Origin: Promethearchaeota archaeon
GTDB lineage: Archaea > Asgardarchaeota > Lokiarchaeia > Sigyniarchaeales > SOKP01
Length of the DNA stretch: 64,000 bases
Direction of reading: 5' to 3'
NCBI GenBank assembly: GCA_048941065.1
Contig: JBHLNY010000001.1
Location: 28 to 64,027 of the forward strand
The position numbers and the translations under genes are program-made. Shown piece by piece: positions 19,582 to 28,664 of the stretch (position 1 is the stretch's first letter; each line of letters begins with the position of its first letter). The notes below the pieces were generated by a model that was not told the DNA's origin, did not search any database, and worked only from the letters and a program-made list of their open reading frames with translations.

Positions 19582-20199
19582 TTAATAATTTATAAAATAG
19601 GGAAGGAAGGTTGTAAACCCAAAAAATATTATCTCTACTGTTGCTGCAACTAAATTAAGAACATGTCTTCTAGGGTTACCCACGACACGATTACTATTAA
19701 TTAAATAATAGATGCTTAAAATTAAATGTAAAAATGCAATAAACGAGAAAAAGGCAATTAGAGGATGGATAGAACTACTTAAAAATTCAATATTAATTCT
19801 AGATTCTGCCGGAATAATACGTTTAAGTAATTCAAAGAGAACAAAAATAAATCCATCTGGAAATTTATTTGAAATCCAAATCAAAAAATATATTAAATGG
19901 TTAAACAAAATTCCAAAAGCTAAAAACAAAAAAGTTATCCCTAATATCAAACGTACATTTTTAAGTTGCTCTTCCTCATCTTTAATGCCTTTGGCTCTTT
20001 GTTGAAGATGTATTCCTCTTAATCGTAATAAAGTTAGTGCTCCTATAATTAATAGTGTAAATATAAGAATATATTTTAAATATATAAAAATTGATTGAAG
20101 AAAAGAGTCGAAAATTTCAAATAACTCTTTAATGTTTACATCCATTTCAGTTTCGACTTTTCTTTTTCGAGTATCAAATTTATTTAATTTAATATCCAA
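19582..20199 (-). CDS. hypothetical membrane protein
   Basis: 205 aa with about 4 hydrophobic segments. No motif recognised. Confidence 0.4.
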   Translation of the reverse strand: MDIKLNKFDTRKRKVETEMDVNIKELFEIFDSFLQSIFIYLKYILIFTLLIIGALTLLRLRGIHLQQRAKGIKDEEEQLKNVRLILGITFLFLAFGILFNHLIYFLIWISNKFPDGFIFVLFELLKRIIPAESRINIEFLSSSIHPLIAFFSFIAFLHLILSIYYLINSNRVVGNPRRHVLNLVAATVEIIFFGFTTFLPYFINY

Positions 20200-20306
20200 T
20201 TTTGAATATTTAAAGTCTGAAAATAAATGAAGTAGGAACTATTGAAGAAATTAATCAATTAAATGTCTTTTCTATTCTAATTTGTAAACAAATTGTAATT
20301 TACAAA

Positions 20307-20747
20307 TTAAGTTATTTTTTCACATTCTTCATTTACAATTTTCATGGTTGTATTGAAATCTTGCCACCAATCTTGTCCTTGTTGTGCTACTAACATCGGG
20401 TCTCTCTTACGAGAGTCAAGACATCTTATTTCATCCTTTTGACCTTTGATTTTGTCTTTCCAAATTTCAGAAATGATACCTTGTAGATTTATTTTAACTT
20501 TTTTGATTAATTCTTCATATGAAACGGACACATCTTCGATTTTTTGAAGTTTTTGTAGTTGTTCAAATTTTACTTTTTCTTTTGCACGATTCAAATCACC
20601 GCAACCAATTTTTATAGAAAATGGCACTTCTTTTCCCCATTTGCAAAATTTTTGAATTTCACATATTGTACAATAACTTTCAAAACTAATATTATAGTCT
20701 TCCAAACCGATTATTGAATAATTTAAAATTTTAGGCATTGATATCAC
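20307..20747 (-). CDS. hypothetical protein (Cys-containing N-terminus, Trp-rich C-terminus)
   Basis: 146-aa ORF. It contains CTICEIQKFC and GCGD elements. No family recognised. Confidence 0.4.
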   Translation of the reverse strand: MISMPKILNYSIIGLEDYNISFESYCTICEIQKFCKWGKEVPFSIKIGCGDLNRAKEKVKFEQLQKLQKIEDVSVSYEELIKKVKINLQGIISEIWKDKIKGQKDEIRCLDSRKRDPMLVAQQGQDWWQDFNTTMKIVNEECEKIT

Positions 20748-20889
20748 TTATCTTCCTTATATTAACAATATATTACTATTTTAATTTTAAAATTTGGTTC
20801 ATAAAATTTTTTAAATGGTTTTAACTAAATTTAATTGTTCAAACTTGCTCTTTAACGATTTAATTAAAATTCAAAAACGTTCTCTCAAT

Positions 20890-20963
20890 GGGAGAGTGGC
20901 TTAGCCTGGTATAGCGCACGGCTGATAACCGTGAGGTCGGGGGTTCGAAGCCCCCCTTTCCCA
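20890..20963 (+). tRNA. tRNA-Ile (anticodon GAT), no intron, no encoded CCA
   Basis: Hand-folded cloverleaf. The acceptor stem is GGGAGAG/CTTTCCC with one G-U pair. The anticodon stem is CACGG/CCGTG with loop CTGATAA. The T arm is GGGGG-TTCGAAG-CCCCC. The discriminator is A. Confidence 0.9.
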
Positions 20964-21038
20964 TTATTATAGTTGACGATTAGTTCAAAATATTTACCAT
21001 TATCTTTTTAATCAACAATCCCTATTATTAAATTATAA

Positions 21039-21632
21039 ATGAAAACAATCATTATCTCTGGAACCCCTGGTTGTGGAAAAACATCTGTCTCGAAGAAAAT
21101 AGCTAAAAGATTAAATGCAAAAGTAATTTCATTAAACAAATTAGCTATCTCGAAGCATCTATCACTAGAATATGATAACTATAGAGAAACTTATATTGTT
21201 GAAATAAAAAGCTTAGTACCTATTCTAAAGAAGCAAATTGAAAGAATTAAGAAAGAAAAACCAGATTTTTTGATTATAGAGGGTCACTTTTCTGATATAG
21301 TGCCAGAAAGCTATATTAATTATGTATTTATATTAAGGTGTGATCCTGATGAATTAAAAAAAAGATTGGAAAAAAAAGATTATAAAGTCAAGAAAATTCG
21401 AGAAAATATTCAAGCAGAGATTTTAGGAAATTGTGTTAATTATTTTATTCAAAAAAGAATTAAAAAACCTCTATTTGAAATAGATACAACTAATCTAAGT
21501 ATTGAAACTATAGCAAAAATTATAATAGAAATTTTAGTTAAAAATGAAAATGCTGATAATTATAAGGTTGGAAATATCGATTGGTTAGAAAAAATTTTTC
21601 AAGAAAATCGTCTTAAGGAATTTTTTGATTAA
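21039..21632 (+). CDS. adenylate kinase-like NTPase, AK6/Fap7 homolog (small-subunit rRNA maturation)
   Basis: It has the P-loop IIISGTPGCGKTS, a length of about 190 aa, and an archaeal Fap7-like layout. Confidence 0.75.
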   Translation: MKTIIISGTPGCGKTSVSKKIAKRLNAKVISLNKLAISKHLSLEYDNYRETYIVEIKSLVPILKKQIERIKKEKPDFLIIEGHFSDIVPESYINYVFILRCDPDELKKRLEKKDYKVKKIRENIQAEILGNCVNYFIQKRIKKPLFEIDTTNLSIETIAKIIIEILVKNENADNYKVGNIDWLEKIFQENRLKEFFD

Positions 21633-21681
21633 AAATTCAAAATTCTGAGGTGAATATTGTATACAATATGAAATAATTGAT

Positions 21682-23310
21682 ATGGATGCACTTGGAAGGA
21701 TAGGAAAACTAAGATTAATGAAAAAAGAGATGATAACACCCAATTTATTTCCTGTAGTTCATCCAGTTAAAAATCTAATCGCAGCTTCAGATCTAATTAA
21801 AATGGGTGCTCAATGCATTTTTACTAACGCTTATATCATTTATCAAAATAAGGAAATAAAAGAACGAATTTTAAAAGAGGGAATTCACCGGTACTTGAAT
21901 TTTAATGGTATAGTTGCTACTGATAGTGGTGCATTTCAACAATATATTTACAATAATGATGAATTAGATATTAGTGCTGATGAAATCGAGAATTTCCAAG
22001 AAAAATTGAATACAGACTTTGCTGTTATTTTAGATATCCCTGTTCAATTATCAGATAACTTTGAAATGGCTAAAAATAAAGTCTTAACAACTATAGAACG
22101 TGCAAGACAAAACATTATTCGCAGAAGAAACAAAAATTGTCACTGGTTTGGGCCTATCCATGGTGCTAAATATTTAGATTTAATTAAATTTAGTGCTAAA
22201 GAAATGAGTAAATTAAATTTTGATATATTTGCAATTGGAGGTCTGGTAAAAGCATTCTTAAACTATAGATTTGATATTGTACTTCAAAACTTATTAATTG
22301 TAAAGGAAAATATCATTCCTAATAAGCCATTACATATGTTTGGACTAGGTTTACCTCAATTTTTTTCATTAGCTGTGGCATGTGGGTGTGATTTAATGGA
22401 TTCTGCTGCCTATATTTTATATGCTAAAGAAGAACGATATTTCACTCTTTCAACAGGAACAAAAACTCTTGAGGAATTATATGAATTTCCTTGCCACTGT
22501 CCTATTTGTAGTAAGTATGGACCTCAAGAAATGAAATCATTTAATGAAGAATTGAAAATTAGATTATTAGCAAAACACAATTTATACATTTCTTTTTCTG
22601 AATTAAAAACAATTAGACAAGCTATAAGGGATGGCAATTTATGGGAACTCGTTGAACTTAGAATAAGAAATCACCCTAATCTTGTTAATGCTGTCAAATT
22701 AATAAAAAATCATAGACCTTTATTTGAAATTCATGAAAAGATTTACAAAAGCCATGGTAGATTATATACATCAAATGAGGCTTTAAATAGACCTTTAATT
22801 TATAGATATGAAAAAAGACTTTTAGCGAACTATCGTGTTCCAAAAGATGTAAAATATCTAATTATTTTGCCTGAATTAGATACCAAGGCCAATAGTTCCA
22901 CAACAATACAGAAATTGCTGGAAAAAGTTAATAATAATAAAATTATACAAAGAGAATTAATTCATATCGTATTCAGTTCTGAATTTTATGGGCTAATTCC
23001 TCTTGAATTAATTGAATCTTTTCCTATGGGACAATATGAATCAATTCTATCATCCGGGATAAATGATTTAATTCACTCTAATTCAATACATAAGGTAGAA
23101 CGGTTCTTTGATAAGAATTATAAATATTATAATAAATGTGCTGTGTTAATCCCTGAAAATTATATTAATCAATTCAATGAAGTAATTAATTTTCCTGAGG
23201 ATAATATAATTTATAACTTAATTCCGGTTTTAAAATCTAAGTTTAGTGAAAATTTCTCTGTATTTAAGAATTTAAAAGAGCTTTTGGTGTTTTTCACTAA
23301 TGGTAATTAA
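21682..23310 (+). CDS. tgtA: archaeosine tRNA-guanine transglycosylase (ArcTGT family)
   Basis: It has the TIM-barrel TGT motifs ITPNLFPVVHP and ATDSGAFQ, and the zinc site CHCPIC...H. The C-terminal extension has no obvious PUA motif. Confidence 0.85.
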   Translation: MDALGRIGKLRLMKKEMITPNLFPVVHPVKNLIAASDLIKMGAQCIFTNAYIIYQNKEIKERILKEGIHRYLNFNGIVATDSGAFQQYIYNNDELDISADEIENFQEKLNTDFAVILDIPVQLSDNFEMAKNKVLTTIERARQNIIRRRNKNCHWFGPIHGAKYLDLIKFSAKEMSKLNFDIFAIGGLVKAFLNYRFDIVLQNLLIVKENIIPNKPLHMFGLGLPQFFSLAVACGCDLMDSAAYILYAKEERYFTLSTGTKTLEELYEFPCHCPICSKYGPQEMKSFNEELKIRLLAKHNLYISFSELKTIRQAIRDGNLWELVELRIRNHPNLVNAVKLIKNHRPLFEIHEKIYKSHGRLYTSNEALNRPLIYRYEKRLLANYRVPKDVKYLIILPELDTKANSSTTIQKLLEKVNNNKIIQRELIHIVFSSEFYGLIPLELIESFPMGQYESILSSGINDLIHSNSIHKVERFFDKNYKYYNKCAVLIPENYINQFNEVINFPEDNIIYNLIPVLKSKFSENFSVFKNLKELLVFFTNGN

Positions 23311-23312
23311 AA

Positions 23313-23747
23313 ATGAGGACTTTAGATAAAATTTATGCCTTTGGCCATGAGAATATTCTCTGTTCTCATAAGACGACAATAGAAATTACTAAAGATAAGG
23401 ATCTCACTAAAAAAGGAAGTTGTATCATTGGTATTAAAGCTTCAAAAGCTTGCATTGATTTGGATCCCAAACTAAAAGAAAATATAATAAATGAAAATAA
23501 GATTAAAGTCACCTTTAAAGTAGGAAACTTAAAAGACTCCTTTTATGGTTTTGGTCATAAATCTTTAAGATTATTGAACAAAAAAGATATAGTTTTTCGT
23601 AAAAGCAATTATATTTGCGACAGAACAATTTTAATTAATTGTACAAAATCGTCAAATGAATTAAATCGGGAATTAGTTGAAAACTTAAAGGACTCTAGGA
23701 AAAAATTTTCAATTATATTCGAGATAAATGATTTTAATGGGTGCTAA
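23313..23747 (+). CDS. DUF371-like protein
   Basis: The N-terminus IYAFGHENILCSHKTTIEITKDKDLTKKGSCIIGIKA resembles the archaeal DUF371 signature. The gene starts 2 nt after tgtA. Confidence 0.55.
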   Translation: MRTLDKIYAFGHENILCSHKTTIEITKDKDLTKKGSCIIGIKASKACIDLDPKLKENIINENKIKVTFKVGNLKDSFYGFGHKSLRLLNKKDIVFRKSNYICDRTILINCTKSSNELNRELVENLKDSRKKFSIIFEINDFNGC

Positions 23748-24888
23748 TCTAGTAAAAGAAATAAAATATTTAAAAGTAAAGAAAGCAGAAGGGCAGAAAG
23801 CTCTTGATTTAATAAAAGTAAATTTTAAAAAATATTCTGTAGTTAACCAGAAATATAAAATTCTATATAAAGATGAATTTATCTTTTTTCCATTAGAAAA
23901 AAGTAAAGATTTAGCAGAGAGAGTATTAAGCTCTATTGGAAATAAAATTGATGTTGAAATTATTTCTAAAATTGGCATAATAAATGAAAATTACAAATTA
24001 AACTCTCTCCAAGATGCTCTAAAAGGCAAAATCCCTGATGAATATCAAGGATTAATTCCAAAATCATACGATCTAATAGGAAGTATTGCGATTATTGAAT
24101 TTGATAAAAGTGAATATATAGAAAAACAGACATTAATTAACTATAAAAAAGAAATCGCTAGAGCAATAACAATAGTTAATAAAAAGATAATCTCCGTTTA
24201 TGAAAAGAAAAGTGAAATTATGGGAACTTATAGATTAAGAGAATTCGATCTATTATATGGTAAGGGCAATTCAGAAACGATTTATAAAGAAAATAATTGT
24301 ACTTACAAACTTGATGTTAAAAAAACGTATTTTACTCCAAGGCTTATTTATGAACGTAGGCGAGTTACCTTTAGTGATATAAAAGAAAACGAACAAATTG
24401 TTGATATGTTTGCCGGTGTAGGCTCTTTTTCAATCCAATTAGGAAAAAATCATAATGTAAGGATTTATGCTTTTGATGTTAATCCAGATGCCTATAATTA
24501 CCTTAAAGAAAATATCAAAATAAATAAACTTAAAGGAGAAGTTATTGCATATAATATAAACGTTAAAGATCTTCTTAACCCTTTTAATAAATTAGGGAAA
24601 TCACTACAAGGTAAATTAGATAGAATAATAATGAATTTACCAGAAAGGTCAATCGATTTTGTTGATGTAGCCTGCTTTTTAATGAAAAAATCCGGGGGAA
24701 TTTTACATTTTTATCAGTTCTCTGAAAAGCCAAATCCAATAGAAAGAACTATAGAACTCTTGAATAAAAAATTAAATAATTTTGACTGGGTTATCGAAAA
24801 AATACTACTCTCCAAAATTGTAAAATCCTATTCTCCTAAAGCAGAGTTAATTGTAGTAGATTTATTGATAAAATATTCGAAATTTTAA
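23728..24888 (+). CDS. trm5: Trm5/Tyw2-family SAM-dependent tRNA methyltransferase (m1G37-type)
   Basis: The SAM motif is VDMFAGVGSFSI and the catalytic motif is NLPE(R). It overlaps the preceding gene by 20 nt. An alternative ATG lies at 23737. Confidence 0.8.
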   Translation: MILMGANLVKEIKYLKVKKAEGQKALDLIKVNFKKYSVVNQKYKILYKDEFIFFPLEKSKDLAERVLSSIGNKIDVEIISKIGIINENYKLNSLQDALKGKIPDEYQGLIPKSYDLIGSIAIIEFDKSEYIEKQTLINYKKEIARAITIVNKKIISVYEKKSEIMGTYRLREFDLLYGKGNSETIYKENNCTYKLDVKKTYFTPRLIYERRRVTFSDIKENEQIVDMFAGVGSFSIQLGKNHNVRIYAFDVNPDAYNYLKENIKINKLKGEVIAYNINVKDLLNPFNKLGKSLQGKLDRIIMNLPERSIDFVDVACFLMKKSGGILHFYQFSEKPNPIERTIELLNKKLNNFDWVIEKILLSKIVKSYSPKAELIVVDLLIKYSKF

Positions 24889-24929
24889 ACTGAAGCTTTT
24901 AATCTGAACATTTTTTGAATAAGCAAAAG

Positions 24930-25034
24930 CGGGCCTAGCAGGATTCGAACCTGCGACTTTCGGATTAGAAGTCCGACGCCCTATCCATACTAGACTAACT
25001 AAGGCGGTTAGTTAATTTGCTAGGCTATAGGCCC
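24930..25034 (-). tRNA. tRNA-Arg (anticodon TCT) with ~30-nt intron in the D-loop
   Basis: The minus-strand sequence GGGCCTATAGCCTA[GCAAATTAACTAACCGCCTTAGTTAGTCTA]GTATGGATAGGGCGTCGGACTTCTAATCCGAAAGTCGCAGGTTCGAATCCTGCTAGGCCCG folds into a cloverleaf only after the bracketed segment (about 24991-25020) is removed. Confidence 0.8.
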
Positions 25035-25310
25035 TTGAGTTATGACATCTATTTTTATTTTATGATATTTTATAAAATAAAAGGTTTAAACTTTATTATA
25101 AATCCTTACAAGTTTTTAAATATTAAGAAATTAGATAGAATTAAGCATTCTCAACTTTTAAATCTATGTCAGATAAGATTAGCTAAATATTTTTTATAAA
25201 TTAATAAATTATTAATAGATTTTTTTTAATAAATTACTAACTTAAATTATATTTAAGATATATAATGATTATATATGTCTGATTTGGTAGTATAAAAGAA
25301 GGTTTCAAAG

Positions 25311-26033
25311 GTGCTAAAGAAAAAGCTTTTTTTACATCAAAACATACCTTATTCATTCAATTGGAATAAAATTCATCATAAAGATAAATATTATCAAATC
25401 ACGATTAATCGAGAAGAACTGAATCGACTTAAGGTGCATTTTAAAAATGTATCTGATGGACTTATACCTAATAAATTATTTAATTCTCCAGATCTTCCGA
25501 GAGTTTCTCAATTTAAAATTAGTGGTATAAAACCAGCTTTTTTAAGAAGTTTTAGTAAAACATTAATTCGTTATGGTAAAATAGAACGTTTTGATTCTAA
25601 TTCAAAATTACCCAAATATGCTCAAAAAGTTTTTGAAAATTATAAAGAAAATGGATTTAGAGGAGATCCTGGACATGAACCCATTTTAAAAAACATTTTA
25701 ATTAAAGATAAAAACTCAGTAGCAATAGAAGTCCCTATTTGGAAAGAAGAAAAAAATAAAACCATAACAGGTCATATTGATTTAATCCAAATTGAAAAAA
25801 GCACCATTAAAGTAATTGATTATAAACCAGAAGGAAAATTTTTGCTCTCTTTACCACAAGTAGCAATGTATGGTTTTTTATTAAAGTCTAGATTAAATAT
25901 AAAGAATATAAAATGTATATCTTTTAATAAGGAAGAAGCATGGGAATACTCCCCAAAAATATTATTGGAGGACGTTAAAGAATATCTAATTTCTCATCAT
26001 ATTAATAAAAGACCATGGGAAGGATTCATTTAG
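25311..26033 (+). CDS. PD-(D/E)xK nuclease-fold protein (Cas4/RecB-like core), hypothetical
   Basis: GTG start. ITGHIDLIQIEKSTIKVIDYKPEGK fits the D...(D/E)xK restriction-endonuclease-like core. Confidence 0.45.
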   Translation: MLKKKLFLHQNIPYSFNWNKIHHKDKYYQITINREELNRLKVHFKNVSDGLIPNKLFNSPDLPRVSQFKISGIKPAFLRSFSKTLIRYGKIERFDSNSKLPKYAQKVFENYKENGFRGDPGHEPILKNILIKDKNSVAIEVPIWKEEKNKTITGHIDLIQIEKSTIKVIDYKPEGKFLLSLPQVAMYGFLLKSRLNIKNIKCISFNKEEAWEYSPKILLEDVKEYLISHHINKRPWEGFI

Positions 26034-26039
26034 AATCTT

Positions 26040-26318
26040 CTATTTAGTTTTAATTTCCTTTTTTTTTGTTGGTCCAGGTTCTTCTCTAGGTTTCAAATAC
26101 CCCTTAAAAACAAAAAAACATAAAATTAGGCCAACAAATTCAGTAGCAATACCAAGAAAAGTAATAATTGTACCATTATATCCTAGATACCTTAAAACTA
26201 ATGCACAACCTAAACCAGAAAATGCCAATATAAATAATATAAATCCTTTTATGATTTCTGGGAAGGAATCTTTAATATATCCTAGTTCCTTTTTGATCCA
26301 AGTAAAAAATGAGGACAT
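26040..26318 (-). CDS. small membrane protein (2 TM) with basic C-terminus
   Basis: 92-aa ORF with two clear hydrophobic helices and a PGPTKKKEIKTK tail. Confidence 0.4.
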   Translation of the reverse strand: MSSFFTWIKKELGYIKDSFPEIIKGFILFILAFSGLGCALVLRYLGYNGTIITFLGIATEFVGLILCFFVFKGYLKPREEPGPTKKKEIKTK

Positions 26319-26465
26319 AAAATGATTCTACTTCTAGATAATTTTAAATTAATTAAATAAATATCATTTTAATATCTTTGTTATTTTCAAGAAATAAATT
26401 TGAATATCTCAATTCAGAAGTAATTCTAATGGAAATTGGATGGAACATAATTTTTGGGAACTCCT

Positions 26466-28664
26466 TTATTTACTTTTGAATTTTGAATATAATGCTTTAT
26501 CTAACAATTTACCTATTCTTTGAGCAATTTGCTTACTAACCTCATATCTTTCACCATCAAGCAAATTTCTCTTTGCTTCTGTGGTAGGTTTACTACCTAA
26601 TCTTCTAAACAAGACTTTTTCTGTTATTTCATTCACTATATCTTTAATTTTTTCATAATCAGGTAAATTTATATTGGGATTAAAGCTTTTGATTTTCTCT
26701 ATTGCAAAATGGAAAAATTGACTAATTAGATGGATTGGATCACCTTTTAATTCACTATGAAGTTTAATATTATCCGTAGCGATTTTCATATCTTTTTCTT
26801 GCCAATATAACTGATTTGGATTAATACCTGGACTATTTATTCTCATAAGTGAGCTTGTAATTCTCCGTTCTATCCAATTTAACGTGCTTATTTCTTGTTT
26901 TTCACGTATTTCCTTCTTTTTTTCTTCTTTTTCTTTTTCTTTAGATTCTATAATTTTTTCTACTTTTAATTTACGCTTTTCTTCAAATTTTTCAAACCTT
27001 TTAACAATATCATATCCTATACAGTAAGATATTGGTGAGATTAAATCTGATTTTAACTTTAATGGTAATATCCCCGTATATATTTGACTATTTTTATCTT
27101 TTAATTCCGAAATCCCCTCTTTTAAAGGAATATCCATCAAACGTGCCAATATAAAACCATTAACTATAAATGGTTGATTATCTGCATTAAATACTATAAC
27201 TAATTCTTCTTGAATTTTATTTATTCTTTCAATTATTAATTCTTCTAATTTGACCTTAACCCATTCTTCAGAATCAGTGGTTCCAAAAATCTTTCTTAAA
27301 GCTAAAAGAATTAATGTTTTATCATTTGAAATTTTAAGATATAACTCAATTATCCTGCTAAGTTGTCTTAGTATTTTTGACATTAAATAAAAAAACACAT
27401 CTTTGACTAATTTGTTCATAACATCGTCAAAATCTAACACAAATTGGATTTGAGCATAATTTTTTAACTTTAGTCCATTTATAAATACCTTCTCAATAAC
27501 TTCTTTTTTTCTTTGATCATTCGGATTTATAATATCATGTTTTTTTATATTATATCTAACCATATTTTTCTTTGCTTCCTCAGATACTGCGTTATCTATG
27601 TTCATAAGGTATAAGACATTGTAAATCCCATATCTATTTAACATATAGATTAAATCATTAAAACTACATTCATTAAGACTCTGCAGAAAATAAATGAAAT
27701 CATTTGGATTTGTCTTTAATTGTTTATATAACTCAGACTTTAAAAAATCTAAAATTTTTTGTTCAAATTGGTCATAATTAATCCTTTCTTTTAGTGCTCT
27801 TTCTATTCTTTTTATCAATTCTATTTTTAAAAAGTTTGCTTCCTTAAAGATTTTTAACCCGGGAATAGAAATAGGGAAACGATCCAAATTAAATTCAAAT
27901 ATTTTTCGCTTTATCATCCTAACTGGCATTGCTTGTACCTGAAGTTCTTTATAAGACTTAAATTCGAAGTCTCTTCGGATTTTTTCAATCATTCGTCTTA
28001 ATGTTGCTAACTCAATAAATTTGTCTTCTTTTTCTTGTCGTTCTATTTTTTTTTCTATTTCTAATGATAAATCCTTGAAAGCTGAGCTTTCTTCTAAGAT
28101 TTCTCGTTTAACTTCATCGGTTAATCCTATTAAATCACCAATTAAATCGTAAAAGTAAAAAGGAGGATAATTTAATATGATTTCTAATAATTCTTGCTCA
28201 ATTTGATTTTCTATATCATTCAGTATCTGCTTTCTTTGAAAATCTAAAAGTGTTGATTTTCTTTCTTCGATTAGAAACGATATAAATTTATTTTCTAAAT
28301 CAATTCTCTTATTAAGTATGTTTACTTCTAAATTAAATGAATTTTTTAATAAAGAATCAACCTCTTCTATCAAAATATCTTTTTCTAATTGTTCTAACTT
28401 TTTAGCAGATTCAAATGAAAATTGATTTTGATTTAGATTTTCTTTAACTCTAATACCTAAACTATGATAAATATGAATTGTAGCTGTAGCAACTAATAAA
28501 TCCTTGAAAGTGGATTTTTGACTTGTTAATTCAAATATTTTCTGCTTATCAGCATCTCTCTTAAAATGGGAAATTATTAAATCAACAGTTTGAAAAAATC
28601 TAAATGTGCTTTCTATAGCTGTTGTCTTCCTTTTAATCCCACTAATCATAATTCCTTTATCCAC
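26466..28664 (-). CDS. large orphan protein (732 aa; 727 aa if started at ATG 28649), predicted mostly helical/coiled
   Basis: Long clean ORF. The internal ATG at 28649 forms an ATGA overlap with the stop of the upstream 768-aa gene. There is a Lys/Glu-rich segment KEKEKEEKKKEIREKQE. No enzymatic motifs recognised. Confidence 0.6.
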   Translation of the reverse strand: MDKGIMISGIKRKTTAIESTFRFFQTVDLIISHFKRDADKQKIFELTSQKSTFKDLLVATATIHIYHSLGIRVKENLNQNQFSFESAKKLEQLEKDILIEEVDSLLKNSFNLEVNILNKRIDLENKFISFLIEERKSTLLDFQRKQILNDIENQIEQELLEIILNYPPFYFYDLIGDLIGLTDEVKREILEESSAFKDLSLEIEKKIERQEKEDKFIELATLRRMIEKIRRDFEFKSYKELQVQAMPVRMIKRKIFEFNLDRFPISIPGLKIFKEANFLKIELIKRIERALKERINYDQFEQKILDFLKSELYKQLKTNPNDFIYFLQSLNECSFNDLIYMLNRYGIYNVLYLMNIDNAVSEEAKKNMVRYNIKKHDIINPNDQRKKEVIEKVFINGLKLKNYAQIQFVLDFDDVMNKLVKDVFFYLMSKILRQLSRIIELYLKISNDKTLILLALRKIFGTTDSEEWVKVKLEELIIERINKIQEELVIVFNADNQPFIVNGFILARLMDIPLKEGISELKDKNSQIYTGILPLKLKSDLISPISYCIGYDIVKRFEKFEEKRKLKVEKIIESKEKEKEEKKKEIREKQEISTLNWIERRITSSLMRINSPGINPNQLYWQEKDMKIATDNIKLHSELKGDPIHLISQFFHFAIEKIKSFNPNINLPDYEKIKDIVNEITEKVLFRRLGSKPTTEAKRNLLDGERYEVSKQIAQRIGKLLDKALYSKFKSK

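Noticed and set aside
20279-20308. 10-bp AT-only inverted repeat AATTTGTAAA-N10-TTTACAAATT at the 3' end of the 20307-20747 gene
   Set aside because: Pure A/T palindromes of this size are expected frequently in DNA this AT-rich. It has weak predicted stability. It may be a terminator-associated hairpin but is not distinctive.
23709-23978. 89-aa minus-strand ORF across the DUF371/trm5 junction
   Set aside because: It is antisense to two well-supported plus-strand genes.
25017-25199. 60-aa ORF overlapping the 5' end of tRNA-Arg
   Set aside because: It overlaps the tRNA gene and its promoter region. It has low-complexity sequence and no motif.
25035-26465. Integrated element at the tRNA-Arg gene (PD-(D/E)xK nuclease plus small membrane protein next to a tRNA)
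   Set aside because: There is no integrase or recombinase. No duplicated tRNA 3' segment (att-like direct repeat) was seen, and there are no other phage or plasmid genes.
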